Below are positions 35,912 to 45,919 of a stretch of 64,000 nt of DNA, piece by piece. This DNA comes from a virus. The translations under genes were made by a program, and so were the position numbers. The number at the start of each line of letters is the position of its first letter. The first letter of the stretch is position 1. The DNA lies in IMG/VR virus record IMGVR_UViG_3300045988_139374, positions 206,994 to 270,993 of that record. One strand, written 5' to 3'. The notes under the pieces were generated by a model that did not search any database, was not told the origin of the DNA, and was given only the letters and a program-made list of their open reading frames with translations.

Positions 35912-38035
35912 ATGGTAACGTATTATGAAAACTATGGTCCGTATGTCCAATTGGCAAAAACAGGATATCAGGAGATTGAGTCTACTTCCTTGACTCCTGA
36001 TAATTATATGAGCAATTTTAATGGTATTCTTAATATCATGAAAGATGGCATTGAACAGCCTGATGTTCAAGCATATATGATTGGTGTACAATTTCCTCAT
36101 GACGATTTGTTGGGGCTTAATCGTAGTGATGAATTTGTAAAATTTACTCTTGTTGATTATTGGTATAATCTTCTGTTTTGGACATTTCCTATTTGTGCTG
36201 GAAATGTAATTACTGTAAGATATATTTTTGATACAAGAGCAATTACTAAAGGAGCTATTGTTTCGTTCTTTAATAAGCTTATTAAGAGCTATCGTAAGGA
36301 TATGAACTTTATGCTTCTTAATAATCTCCTTGATGATAGTATTTCTAAAATGAAAGAAATCGATACATTTGCATTGTATCTTGCAAATACTGTCAATTTT
36401 AAAGATACTATTAATCTAATGGAGAAATATCCTGAATTCAACGCATCTATGCATGCAGATCTTTCTGATACTCCTATCGAGGATGTCAAGTCTATCGGTA
36501 TGGATTATACAAACATGCAGATTAGATATATTAAGGATAATGATCATTGTTTGAGAGATTCTTTTGTATCTGGTGAGGCTATTTCTCCGAAACAGTTTAA
36601 GGAAGTGTCTGTCAACGTCGGTACTAAACCTGATGGTCAGGGAGGAATTTTTCCATATATCATCAATAATTCTTTTATGAATGGTGGTGTGGCAAATCCT
36701 GAATCCTATGTCATTGACTCTTCTGTTGGTAGAATTGCACAGATCTTGCAGAAGATGAATGTCGGTACCTCTGGTGCATTTGCACGATTGCTTGAAACTA
36801 ATAATTTGGATACATTCTTAAACGATGATCCTAATTATACTTGTAATACTGCAAACTTCATTGAAATTACTATTAAGGATGCTAAATTCCTGAGGCTTTA
36901 TGATAAGAGATACTATAAGATCAATCCTCATGGCGTTGATTATCTATTGGATGCGGATAGAGACACTCATCTGATTGGTAAAACTTTGTATTTCAGATCT
37001 CCTATCACTTGTCAATCTTATGCTAGAGGCACTGGTATTTGCCATAAGTGTTATGGAGATCTGTATTATACAAATAGGGATATCAATCCTGGTAAGTTGG
37101 CTGCTGAGTTATTGTCCGAAAAATATACTCAAATGCTATTGTCTGCAAAACATCTATTGGAATCTGCTGTAGTTGAAATGAAGTGGAATCCGGAATTCTT
37201 TGATATCTTTAATATCGAATTGAATACTATCAATATTGATGAAGATACCGATGTATCTGGATTCTTTATGATTCTTGATTCTTCTAAATTCGATTCAGAT
37301 GATGATGATGACTCTGATGGTATCATTTATGAAGAATTTACCCCTTCTTTTGATATTAGATATCCTGATGGTCATGTAGTTACTTTCCATACTGTAGATG
37401 AGGATAATATTTATCTTACTGAAGATTTAAATAGAGTCCTTAAATCTAAGAAAGCAAAAGAAGATGATGGAATCTATACTATTCCTTTGGATGCGGTTAA
37501 ATCTCTTCCTAGTATTTTTACAGTAAAGATTCAGAATAAGGAGCTTCAGAGAACTCTGGAAAGATCTAAGCATATTATTGATAGAGAGAAAGATACTTCC
37601 TCTTTCAATAAGAATACTATCGTCAGTGAATTTATCAATGCAAACCTTGAAGGTGGATTGGTAATTTCTGCTGTGCATCTGGAAGTTCTTCTGTCTAATC
37701 AGATGAGAGATCCTGATAATATTCTTGAAATGCCTAACTGGGCTATTGAGAATGCTCCTTATAAGATTCTTACTCTTAGCTCTGCATTGAACTATTCTCC
37801 GAGTATTACCGTTAACTTTGAATATCAGAGAGTAGGTAAGACTCTAGTTTCTCCGCTATCTACAAAGAAGCATAAACCTTCTATCTTCGATCTTTACTTT
37901 ATGGAAAAGCCTCAGGACTTTATGGTTAACACTGAAATGGTTTCTGATAAGTTCCATGAGAAAGATGAGTATGATATGAAGGGTAATAAAGATGCTATCT
38001 ATTTTGTTACGCCTGACAAAGGTAGCAAAGATTAA
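35912..38035 (+). CDS. multisubunit RNA polymerase beta-prime C-terminal-half homologue
   Basis: SSVGRIAQILQKMNVGTSGAFARLLE (bridge-helix-like) is followed by RSPITCQSYARGTGICHKCYGDLYY..GKLAAELLSEKYTQMLLSAKH. This is colinear with E. coli RpoC [47 protein letters not shown] (recalled from memory). Confidence 0.6.
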   Translation: MVTYYENYGPYVQLAKTGYQEIESTSLTPDNYMSNFNGILNIMKDGIEQPDVQAYMIGVQFPHDDLLGLNRSDEFVKFTLVDYWYNLLFWTFPICAGNVITVRYIFDTRAITKGAIVSFFNKLIKSYRKDMNFMLLNNLLDDSISKMKEIDTFALYLANTVNFKDTINLMEKYPEFNASMHADLSDTPIEDVKSIGMDYTNMQIRYIKDNDHCLRDSFVSGEAISPKQFKEVSVNVGTKPDGQGGIFPYIINNSFMNGGVANPESYVIDSSVGRIAQILQKMNVGTSGAFARLLETNNLDTFLNDDPNYTCNTANFIEITIKDAKFLRLYDKRYYKINPHGVDYLLDADRDTHLIGKTLYFRSPITCQSYARGTGICHKCYGDLYYTNRDINPGKLAAELLSEKYTQMLLSAKHLLESAVVEMKWNPEFFDIFNIELNTINIDEDTDVSGFFMILDSSKFDSDDDDDSDGIIYEEFTPSFDIRYPDGHVVTFHTVDEDNIYLTEDLNRVLKSKKAKEDDGIYTIPLDAVKSLPSIFTVKIQNKELQRTLERSKHIIDREKDTSSFNKNTIVSEFINANLEGGLVISAVHLEVLLSNQMRDPDNILEMPNWAIENAPYKILTLSSALNYSPSITVNFEYQRVGKTLVSPLSTKKHKPSIFDLYFMEKPQDFMVNTEMVSDKFHEKDEYDMKGNKDAIYFVTPDKGSKD

Positions 38036-38046
38036 TTAAAAAGAGA

Positions 38047-38082
38047 CCGGAGAGAACTTAAACTCTCCGGCCTTTTATTTTT
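38047..38082 (+). terminator. rho-independent terminator
   Basis: CCGGAGAG pairs with CTCTCCGG, followed by a T-run. Confidence 0.8.
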
Positions 38083-38097
38083 AGAAAGTGTGATCAT

Positions 38098-39747
38098 ATG
38101 GTATATAAATCTATTGATGATTATAAAATGGTAGTCCATAATTCATCAATTGTTATTAATCATTGTAAACTAACTGATTTTCCTACACTGATTAGACAAT
38201 TTGGGGTATGGGATAAAGTTTGCCATCGAGTAAATTATATAGGAATTCATTATGATCCAGAAAAACAGAGACTCTTTTTACCAAGAGGAATTGATGTAGA
38301 TTATGTAAGGCGTAAAGTAGAATCTACAATGGATCCAGATGAATTCTCTTCTTATATTGCTCGATATAATCACTATGATAAAGTATCTAAGAGAATTAAA
38401 ATGAAGATGCTTCCTAGGGATGATGTTCAAAAAGAAGCATTAAATTTTGGTCTCTGTAAAGGAAAGTACTATTGCAATAGTGGTAAGACTCAATTTGCTA
38501 TAAATCTTACTACTGGTAAAGGAAAGACTTATATTGCATCTTGTATTATGAGTTATCTAGGAATCAGATCTATTGTAATTACTTCTCAGTCTGGTATTCT
38601 AGACCAATGGAGAGAAAAGGTTAAAGAATATACTGATATTGATGATTCTGAAATCGTAAAGATTGAAGGAGGGCCAATGATTGGTAGAATTCTTAATGAT
38701 TCTTCTATGATGACTAATAAGTCTTTATATCTTTGCACACATTCTACTTTACAGACTTATGGCTCTACTCATGGTTGGGATAAAGTAGGTTTATTATTTG
38801 AAAAACTTGGTATTGGAATTAAGTTTTTTGATGAAGCACATCAGAATTTCCAAAACATGGCGTTGATAGATTTTGCAACTAGAGATGTTTGGAGAACTTA
38901 TTATATTACTGCTACTCCTTCTAGATCTGATAGACAAGAGGATATTATTTATAAACTTTATATGAAGAATGTCCCATCCATTAATCTATTCAATCCAGAA
39001 GTGGATGCCCATACTAGCTATATTGCAATTAAGTATAATTCGTATCCTACACCTTCTGATGTAAATGCTTGTAAGAATAATGTATATGGTTTAAGCAATC
39101 CATTATATATTGATTATCTGATGAGAAACAATAGATTTTGGATTATGTTTGATTATATCTTCTCTCTGATTTATAGATCTGGTGGTAAAGCATTATTCTA
39201 TATTGGTACTAATTCAGCAATTGAAAAAGTATATGAAAGGATTATGTTTAATTATCCTGAATTATGGAATGATGTTGGAATCTATACTTCTATTAGTGAA
39301 GATAAACAGCAAGCAAAAACCAAGAAATATATTCTTACAACTACTAAGTCTGCAGGTGCTGGTGAAGATATTCCTGACTTAAAATATTCTGTAGTTTTGG
39401 CAGAACCTTTTAAATCTGAAGTCATCACTAGACAGACTCTAGGAAGAACTAGAAATCCTAATACTTCCTATATAGAACTCGTAGATGTCGGTTTTAGACA
39501 GCTTCAGGGATTCTTCAATGCTAAGAGACACATTTTCAATAAATATGCCTCAAAATCAAAAGTCATGTTCGTAGATAATCCTAAATTGGCTAATATAGAC
39601 GAAGAGACTAGGATTCAGATGCGTGATAGATTCAAATATCAACTAGAATTCAATGTTCCTAATAATATTGAAGCTATTAGCTTCATTAAGGAAAAGAATA
39701 TTCCTGCTGTATATTTTGCATCTGAGATTCAAGAGAGAAAGGAGTAA
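38098..39747 (+). CDS. superfamily 2 (DEAH-type) DNA/RNA helicase
   Basis: Motifs present: Walker A TGKGKTY, DEAH box FFDEAHQ, motif III TATPSR, motif V TTTKSAGAGEDIP, motif VI QTLGRTRN. Confidence 0.75.
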   Translation: MVYKSIDDYKMVVHNSSIVINHCKLTDFPTLIRQFGVWDKVCHRVNYIGIHYDPEKQRLFLPRGIDVDYVRRKVESTMDPDEFSSYIARYNHYDKVSKRIKMKMLPRDDVQKEALNFGLCKGKYYCNSGKTQFAINLTTGKGKTYIASCIMSYLGIRSIVITSQSGILDQWREKVKEYTDIDDSEIVKIEGGPMIGRILNDSSMMTNKSLYLCTHSTLQTYGSTHGWDKVGLLFEKLGIGIKFFDEAHQNFQNMALIDFATRDVWRTYYITATPSRSDRQEDIIYKLYMKNVPSINLFNPEVDAHTSYIAIKYNSYPTPSDVNACKNNVYGLSNPLYIDYLMRNNRFWIMFDYIFSLIYRSGGKALFYIGTNSAIEKVYERIMFNYPELWNDVGIYTSISEDKQQAKTKKYILTTTKSAGAGEDIPDLKYSVVLAEPFKSEVITRQTLGRTRNPNTSYIELVDVGFRQLQGFFNAKRHIFNKYASKSKVMFVDNPKLANIDEETRIQMRDRFKYQLEFNVPNNIEAISFIKEKNIPAVYFASEIQERKE

Positions 39748-39751
39748 TAAT

Positions 39752-40093
39752 ATGAAATGTATTTATCAGCTCACTAGCCAGAATGTAAAAGTATCAGTTA
39801 CTAATAGTGAAAGTCCTATTAAAGTAGAAGGATGCTTTAATGCTTTACAAGATGCAATCTTTTACCTTGGAGTAAAGTGTGGTAAGATTGCTAAGCAATA
39901 TGAAAAGATTGGAGAAGTAATTACTACTATCTTTAATGAAAATAGCTTAGATGAAATCGATAAAGAACGTGATATTGTATATGTGGCATTTATCAATATT
40001 AAGACAAATAAGAATAAAACTAAGCTCGAAAATGAAGAGTTTAAATTTCTTATCTATCAATATCCTTTCTATGAAAATACAATGAGTATCTAA
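39752..40093 (+). CDS. hypothetical protein
   Basis: The ATG at 39752 follows AAAGGAG (internal Met 34 of the track ORF). 113 codons. Confidence 0.7.
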   Translation: MKCIYQLTSQNVKVSVTNSESPIKVEGCFNALQDAIFYLGVKCGKIAKQYEKIGEVITTIFNENSLDEIDKERDIVYVAFINIKTNKNKTKLENEEFKFLIYQYPFYENTMSI

Positions 40094-40099
40094 ATAACC

Positions 40100-40136
40100 G
40101 GGTAAGGAAGTAAAATTCCTTACCCATATTTTATTT
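40100..40136 (+). terminator. rho-independent terminator
   Basis: GGGTAAGGAA pairs with TTCCTTACCC, followed by a T-rich run. Confidence 0.8.
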
Positions 40137-40160
40137 AAAAAGTCATTGAAATAGATTAGA

Positions 40161-40199
40161 TAATATAATAATGAAATAGAAGCGAAAGAGTACTTCTAT
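40161..40199 (+). promoter_or_regulatory. promoter-like -10 block plus conserved 5' hairpin (variant copy)
   Basis: TAATATAATAATGAA is followed by the stem ATAGAAG (40176-40182) / CTTCTAT (40193-40199). Confidence 0.55.
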
Positions 40200-40241
40200 T
40201 TTAGTCGTTTAATTAATCACAATATATCTGGAGGTATAACT

Positions 40242-40484
40242 ATGTTTTACAAGACTCTTTACTACTGGTATTTCTCTGAGTTTCTTCCTAAGAAGAACAA
40301 GACAACTCAGGACTTCAAAGATTTGACCGCCTACTTTGCAGAGCTGGCAGTCATCGGCGCATTGATGGGTTTGGGAGTTTCCAAACTCATCGATGCATTC
40401 TGTGAGATCAAGGAAGCCAAGGATAAGATGGCTTCTCTGAAGCAGCAGAATCAGTCTGAGGCAACTGAGTCTCAGGCTGAGTAA
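40242..40484 (+). CDS. small membrane protein (G+C-rich codons)
   Basis: 80 codons with a TGGAGGT RBS. The hydrophobic core is LTAYFAELAVIGALMGLGVSKLI. Confidence 0.8.
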   Translation: MFYKTLYYWYFSEFLPKKNKTTQDFKDLTAYFAELAVIGALMGLGVSKLIDAFCEIKEAKDKMASLKQQNQSEATESQAE

Positions 40485-40497
40485 GTAACCTACAACC

Positions 40498-40526
40498 GGC
40501 CTGGGATATCCCAGGCCTTTATTTTT
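40498..40526 (+). terminator. terminator or attenuator hairpin
   Basis: GGCCTGGGA pairs with TCCCAGGCC, followed by TTTATTTTT. Confidence 0.75.
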
Positions 40527-40551
40527 ACGAACATAAATGGAGGTATAAGTT

Positions 40552-42573
40552 ATGTTCTATATTAACCAGTTTGTCGAGTCTATCAGCAATGACTGGAGGA
40601 ATCGTAAGATCAACTCCAGCTATGTCAACGAAGAGGAGATCAATAACCGGGTCACCTCTAAGAAGAAGGGGTATACCAACCAGAGCCCCTTTAAGATGAT
40701 TGGCGTAAAGGAGGGCTATAAGTTCTCCCGCACCTGCTATGATGCTGGTAAGGACCAGCACTTCTTCGAGGCTCTGAAGAAGTACTCTGATGAGTATATC
40801 AAGAGCTTTGAACAAGGCAAGATCCGTACTCCGTTCACTCATGCTGACGGAGACATCTATGGCTTTACCAAGCCTTTCTACGATATGCCCAAATTAGATA
40901 GCAGCGAAGGCTTTAAGGGAATCTGCAATTACTATGATTCCCTTACTCGTGCCCTCGTTCAGAGGGGCACTAAGGAGGATATTGAGAAAGTTGAGTCCAG
41001 TCTTCACTATCTGTATGATACCGCAAATGCCAATTTCTTCAAGAAACTGGCATGGGGCGTCCTTCATGGATTCGTCTGTGGATGGATGGATGAGGAGCAG
41101 TTAACAAATCTGATTCCTGCGTTCAGTGCACGCAAGAAGTACACTGATCTCAGGCACATTAAAACCTGGAATATGAGTATTGAAGCAAATATTGATATTC
41201 CTATCGAAATTCGTAGGATGTTCATGAGCAACTCCGATGGCCAGGTTGCAGCTCTGTTCTTCTTAGTCCCAGAAGCAGAGCTGGAGCATCCTGAGGACGA
41301 AGCCGATGACCCTCTGAGTGCCATCGGCAACAATGCAGAGGTTGTCGATATTGATCCTGATAATATCAAAGAGACTCCGAAGCCTCAGAAGAATCCCCAG
41401 CCTCAGCCTGTAGCACAGGCACCTAAGCCGGATGATATCAAAAAGGCTCCTATTCAGGAACTGCATGTTGTAGTTCCTCAGGAGCCTTCTCCTGCAGAGG
41501 TTGCTCCGAAGGTTACCAAGGATGGTAAGGCAGTAATTCCTGATCCTCCGGTAAAACCTGATACCCCCATTGAGGTTCCTCCTCAGGACTCTGTAAATCC
41601 TCAGGCATCTGCGGTTCCCAACTTTGATAATCTCAAAGCTGAGAATAATACAGAGTTGAAGGATGCTGTCTCTTTTGGCGATCCGAAAGAGAAGTATGAC
41701 TTCAACGATATCCTGAAGCAGGCACGTGAGGTTCTGCTGAAGGAGCAGGAGATGCACAAACAGCAGGAACCTGTTCAGCAGTCTCAGCCTGTAGCACAGG
41801 CACCTGCTGATGTTCCTCTTGATTGGAATTGGGACGTAAATTCCATCGACAAAGAGAACAATGAGGAATATCATAAGCGGGTGATCGGTATTGATCGGTT
41901 CACCAAGATGGTCCATGATCAGAATAAGATCGTGAATTATTCTGATCTTGACAACTATCCTGGCCTGATTAAGGCTACCATTTTTGATGTCACGAAGGCC
42001 AATAATGACATCAACAATCCTGAAGCAATGCGGGGTTACGTTGTAATTGATCCTCGTGTCATCTATGGTGACACGATTCGAGTCTATCAGTTCTATGATA
42101 GAATTGATATCCGCAAACAGTGGTCTGTGCCTCTCTATAACGAGACGATGGTTAAGAAGATGATTGCGGAAACTTATTCTGCAGCCGATGATCGATATAT
42201 TCGTGCTCAAACCCCTCAGGAGCTGCAGAATAACTTAACTGGAAAGTATTGGTTCATCGACCGAATTGATATGTCCGGTATCTATGATGAAGTCGGTGAT
42301 CTGACCAATGAGAACTGGCGTAAGTTGGTTGCCAATATTTGCAAGGTTCTGAAGGCTGATAAGACTCTTGCCGGTATCCGCTTCCGCATCTACGATTATG
42401 AGAGTCCCAGCAAATTCAAGATGATCGCTGATGAGAAAGTGAAATATCCGTTCTCCAGCAACATTCTGAACACCATTCAGAACCAGGATGCTATCCGTGT
42501 TGGCCGCAAGATTGTTGTGACTACCAACAAGGATGGCAAACTTGTTTGGAATTTACAGACCACTAAGATCTAA
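40552..42573 (+). CDS. abundant-protein candidate with central Pro/Gln-rich linker, function unknown
   Basis: 673 codons with a TGGAGGT RBS. This is the most G+C-rich gene in the window, and the 315-aa antisense ORF is a shadow. Confidence 0.85.
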   Translation: MFYINQFVESISNDWRNRKINSSYVNEEEINNRVTSKKKGYTNQSPFKMIGVKEGYKFSRTCYDAGKDQHFFEALKKYSDEYIKSFEQGKIRTPFTHADGDIYGFTKPFYDMPKLDSSEGFKGICNYYDSLTRALVQRGTKEDIEKVESSLHYLYDTANANFFKKLAWGVLHGFVCGWMDEEQLTNLIPAFSARKKYTDLRHIKTWNMSIEANIDIPIEIRRMFMSNSDGQVAALFFLVPEAELEHPEDEADDPLSAIGNNAEVVDIDPDNIKETPKPQKNPQPQPVAQAPKPDDIKKAPIQELHVVVPQEPSPAEVAPKVTKDGKAVIPDPPVKPDTPIEVPPQDSVNPQASAVPNFDNLKAENNTELKDAVSFGDPKEKYDFNDILKQAREVLLKEQEMHKQQEPVQQSQPVAQAPADVPLDWNWDVNSIDKENNEEYHKRVIGIDRFTKMVHDQNKIVNYSDLDNYPGLIKATIFDVTKANNDINNPEAMRGYVVIDPRVIYGDTIRVYQFYDRIDIRKQWSVPLYNETMVKKMIAETYSAADDRYIRAQTPQELQNNLTGKYWFIDRIDMSGIYDEVGDLTNENWRKLVANICKVLKADKTLAGIRFRIYDYESPSKFKMIADEKVKYPFSSNILNTIQNQDAIRVGRKIVVTTNKDGKLVWNLQTTKI

Positions 42574-42584
42574 AATATAATAAA

Positions 42585-42632
42585 AGTCTAGTAGAAAAGG
42601 AGGTGATCATCTCTACTAGACTTTTATTTTTT
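42585..42632 (+). terminator. rho-independent terminator
   Basis: AGTCTAGTAG pairs with CTACTAGACT, followed by a T-run. Confidence 0.8.
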
Positions 42633-42677
42633 CTTTGACTTCTTATTATAATACACCCTCTAGGAGATAAATCTATT

Positions 42678-43514
42678 ATGACACAAGAAGAAAGAAAACG
42701 GTTAGAACTATTATTCGAATTAGAAAACATTAAAGCAAATTTAATGTGTATTGCACCTAGGGTAAATCTTAAAGCGGTAACAGATTTATCCTATAAAGAT
42801 CCTGATGGAAGAAAACATAGATTTTATGAAGAAATAAGATATAGATCTAATAAGTATAAAAATATTGATCATCTTATTACTGCAAGTTTTCATTTAAACA
42901 CTTATCTTACGATTGATTATCCAAATCCTAGATATACACCTAATAATGGAGAATTAAAGAGTTCTATTATTAATATCAGAGGATATAATTTGGATGAATT
43001 AGTCGCTAAGATGAAATTGTTTAATGATAGAATTCTTAATCATTGTTTTGGAGAGAGAAATGGTGAATATATCATTTATTCTGATAAAGTAAGATCTCTT
43101 AATGTAGTGATATATCAATATAGAGATAAGGATAATGATATAATTACTTTTTCTCCTGACATTTATTCCTTCGTATCTGAGAAAAAAGATAAGATTAATA
43201 TTCCTGGAGTTATGATAACCTTTAATAATGAATATCAATGCATTATTGATGTAGATTCTACTTGGATGGAATTAATCTATAGATTAAGTCATTGTGATCT
43301 TAGCACTTTAGGATTTCAGATGATTCAACCTTTTATTGGATTACTTCCAGGCAATGCAGTTTCTGATATTGGAGGTAATTATAACTCATCGTCTAGATAT
43401 GCTCCGTATTATGCAGTAGAAGATCCAGATGATATTGCTAATAATGAGAACTCTGTATCAGTAAATCAATCTAAAAGGTCTAACGAATATAAGAAGCATA
43501 TTTTTGACATTTAA
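42678..43514 (+). CDS. hypothetical protein
   Basis: 278 codons with a TAGGAGA RBS. Confidence 0.8.
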   Translation: MTQEERKRLELLFELENIKANLMCIAPRVNLKAVTDLSYKDPDGRKHRFYEEIRYRSNKYKNIDHLITASFHLNTYLTIDYPNPRYTPNNGELKSSIINIRGYNLDELVAKMKLFNDRILNHCFGERNGEYIIYSDKVRSLNVVIYQYRDKDNDIITFSPDIYSFVSEKKDKINIPGVMITFNNEYQCIIDVDSTWMELIYRLSHCDLSTLGFQMIQPFIGLLPGNAVSDIGGNYNSSSRYAPYYAVEDPDDIANNENSVSVNQSKRSNEYKKHIFDI

Positions 43515-43586
43515 AACTCATAAGTAATATACTAAACGTATATTACTTATTTTTTTTACAAAAATTTATAGAAAGAGGTAATACTA

Positions 43587-44066
43587 ATGCTGAATCAAGA
43601 TGTGTACACAAAAGCCATGATTAATATTCTTTCTGAACGGCTAAAGTTTAACAACCTTAAATATAAGGTTATTCTTTATTCATCTAGCCTTGGATATGAA
43701 TATAATTATCAAACATTAAGAATTAGACCGATTAATTCAGTATTTTGGTTTAATATTGATAATGCAAATGCATTCAACTTTATGGAATTTCTCAATAATC
43801 AAATTAATAAGGTAATCAGCCAAGATAATAATTCTGGATGGATTAAAGATTTTCCATTTGGAGATTGTGAGAATGGAAATATCACTATTGATATGGATAC
43901 TATTAATCTGGAAAATATTATGCTGATTGTAGAAGATCCTGAGCAAGCAGAAACCATCTGGAACGAGTATTATTATCTATGCGTATTCTTATCCAAGATA
44001 TATAATGATTCCGATAAAGCATTTAAGAATATTATCTCTGATATGGATTTTACTGATATTGAATAA
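43587..44066 (+). CDS. hypothetical protein
   Basis: 159 codons with an AGAGGTAA RBS. Confidence 0.8.
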   Translation: MLNQDVYTKAMINILSERLKFNNLKYKVILYSSSLGYEYNYQTLRIRPINSVFWFNIDNANAFNFMEFLNNQINKVISQDNNSGWIKDFPFGDCENGNITIDMDTINLENIMLIVEDPEQAETIWNEYYYLCVFLSKIYNDSDKAFKNIISDMDFTDIE

Positions 44067-44082
44067 TTAAGGAGAAAGTAAA

Positions 44083-44595
44083 ATGAACGCAGCTATTAAG
44101 AAGATTAATGATCAAATCGAAGATTATAAGAAAGAAACTGGAAATTCTGCAGATGATATTTCTGATGGATATCATTCTTTTGGTGATCTTTATAAGCATC
44201 GTACATATTTATTAGCACTTGCTATGATTCATATGCCTTATGCATGGAAATCTAGAGTACATGAAGATGGTACTATGTATGATGGTATGTTTGTTGTAGG
44301 ATTTCCTACTCCTAATGGAATGGTGACTTATCACTGTGACAATGAATACTGGGAAGATTTTAAGATTCCTGTAATTCCTCATGCACCCCATTTTGATGGT
44401 TATACAGATAAAGATGTTCTAGATAGAGAAAAAGCTTTCCTTGATAGTGCTAATACACGTCTTGTGAATAACAATAATATTGTGCAGATTAGTAGAATCT
44501 TCAAAGATGAGATTCTACCGGTATTTGATAATCCTGTTCAATCAGCTTCTTTTATCAATTTCTATACACATGCACCCGCAACCGGTAGCATCTGA
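44083..44595 (+). CDS. hypothetical protein
   Basis: 170 codons with an AAGGAGAA RBS. Confidence 0.8.
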   Translation: MNAAIKKINDQIEDYKKETGNSADDISDGYHSFGDLYKHRTYLLALAMIHMPYAWKSRVHEDGTMYDGMFVVGFPTPNGMVTYHCDNEYWEDFKIPVIPHAPHFDGYTDKDVLDREKAFLDSANTRLVNNNNIVQISRIFKDEILPVFDNPVQSASFINFYTHAPATGSI

Positions 44596-44633
44596 AAACA
44601 TCCTTATAATTATTTAAATGGAGGTAGATAACT

Positions 44634-45899
44634 GTGGGATTACTTAATGTAAGTCATTCTACTATGACGCAATCCGTCATTGATCTACAGGAAGATCTAC
44701 TGAAAAATCCATTTTATTTGTTCAACGACAAAAAGGCTCTTCCTGTAGACTACTATAATATCAATAATAATCAATCTACTCTTGATAAAGGTCTTAAGAT
44801 CAATTATGATAATGATGGAAAAGATACTCCATTTAGATATAATCTAATTCATGATATGTATCTTTATGGAATTGATAGAGTAGCGACTTCACTAGAATCT
44901 GGAGAATTTGGTATTTCTGGAAGTGAAATTTCTGGAGATGCATATATTCTACCTGATACTATTACTCCTTATCCTGGAGATCATTTTGTGATCAATATGA
45001 TTAAACAGAGATATCAATTTATTGTTTCTTCTGTTTCTACTGATACTTTTGATAATGGCGGTAATTACTATAAGATAGAATATTCTCTTATTCATAATGA
45101 TGATTCTAGACTTTCTGGAAATGTAATAGAAGAGTTTAAGTTTGTATCTGGAAACATTGGTACAGAGTTTACTCCGATTCTTCAGAGTCAAAAATATGAT
45201 GTATGTAAGAATCTAGATGATGTATGCGTAAATTTAAAGCAGTTGTTTAAGGGACTTTATTTTAACAATAAAGTCCAGACTTACACGTTTGTTCATCTAT
45301 ATTACGTTTGCCAAGCAGGAATGAATTCTGATTTCTTTTATGATCCATATATGATTGAATTTTGTATTCGGAATAAAATTCTTTATAATTCTGGAGATAA
45401 ATATGACTATGTAGATCATAAGACTAATCTAAAACCTGATTTCAATATCAAGTATAATAAATCTATTTGGAAAGTTATTGAAAACAGAGAAAAGAATTTA
45501 CTTCCTGAATGTAAACATAGTTCCACTGCATTGTTCATTGATGATCCTGGAACTATTTTTAGTACAAGATATGAAAAGTATTTTGAACTTACATATGCTG
45601 CTCATGATACTGCACTAGAAACTTATGCTTCTGTATTAAATATTCTAGATCCTCAGATTATAGGGCATATTCTAGAAAATCAACTATTTCCTAGTGATAG
45701 TAAATATGCTAAATATAATCTATTAATCAAATACTTTAATTTCGATGATCATATCGGAACTGAAGATATTTTACCTTTGGAAAGAATCATTGAAACTGAG
45801 AATACTATGGAAAACTATTTCTTGATTCCGATGATTATTTATATTATTGAATTTAACATTAAAAATACTATGGCAAGAATTCCTAAAAGTAGTAAATAA
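44634..45899 (+). CDS. hypothetical protein (GTG start)
   Basis: 421 codons. GGAGGT sits 8 nt before the GTG. Confidence 0.8.
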   Translation: MGLLNVSHSTMTQSVIDLQEDLLKNPFYLFNDKKALPVDYYNINNNQSTLDKGLKINYDNDGKDTPFRYNLIHDMYLYGIDRVATSLESGEFGISGSEISGDAYILPDTITPYPGDHFVINMIKQRYQFIVSSVSTDTFDNGGNYYKIEYSLIHNDDSRLSGNVIEEFKFVSGNIGTEFTPILQSQKYDVCKNLDDVCVNLKQLFKGLYFNNKVQTYTFVHLYYVCQAGMNSDFFYDPYMIEFCIRNKILYNSGDKYDYVDHKTNLKPDFNIKYNKSIWKVIENREKNLLPECKHSSTALFIDDPGTIFSTRYEKYFELTYAAHDTALETYASVLNILDPQIIGHILENQLFPSDSKYAKYNLLIKYFNFDDHIGTEDILPLERIIETENTMENYFLIPMIIYIIEFNIKNTMARIPKSSK

Positions 45900-45919
45900 A
45901 GAAAAGGAGGGATAATCGA

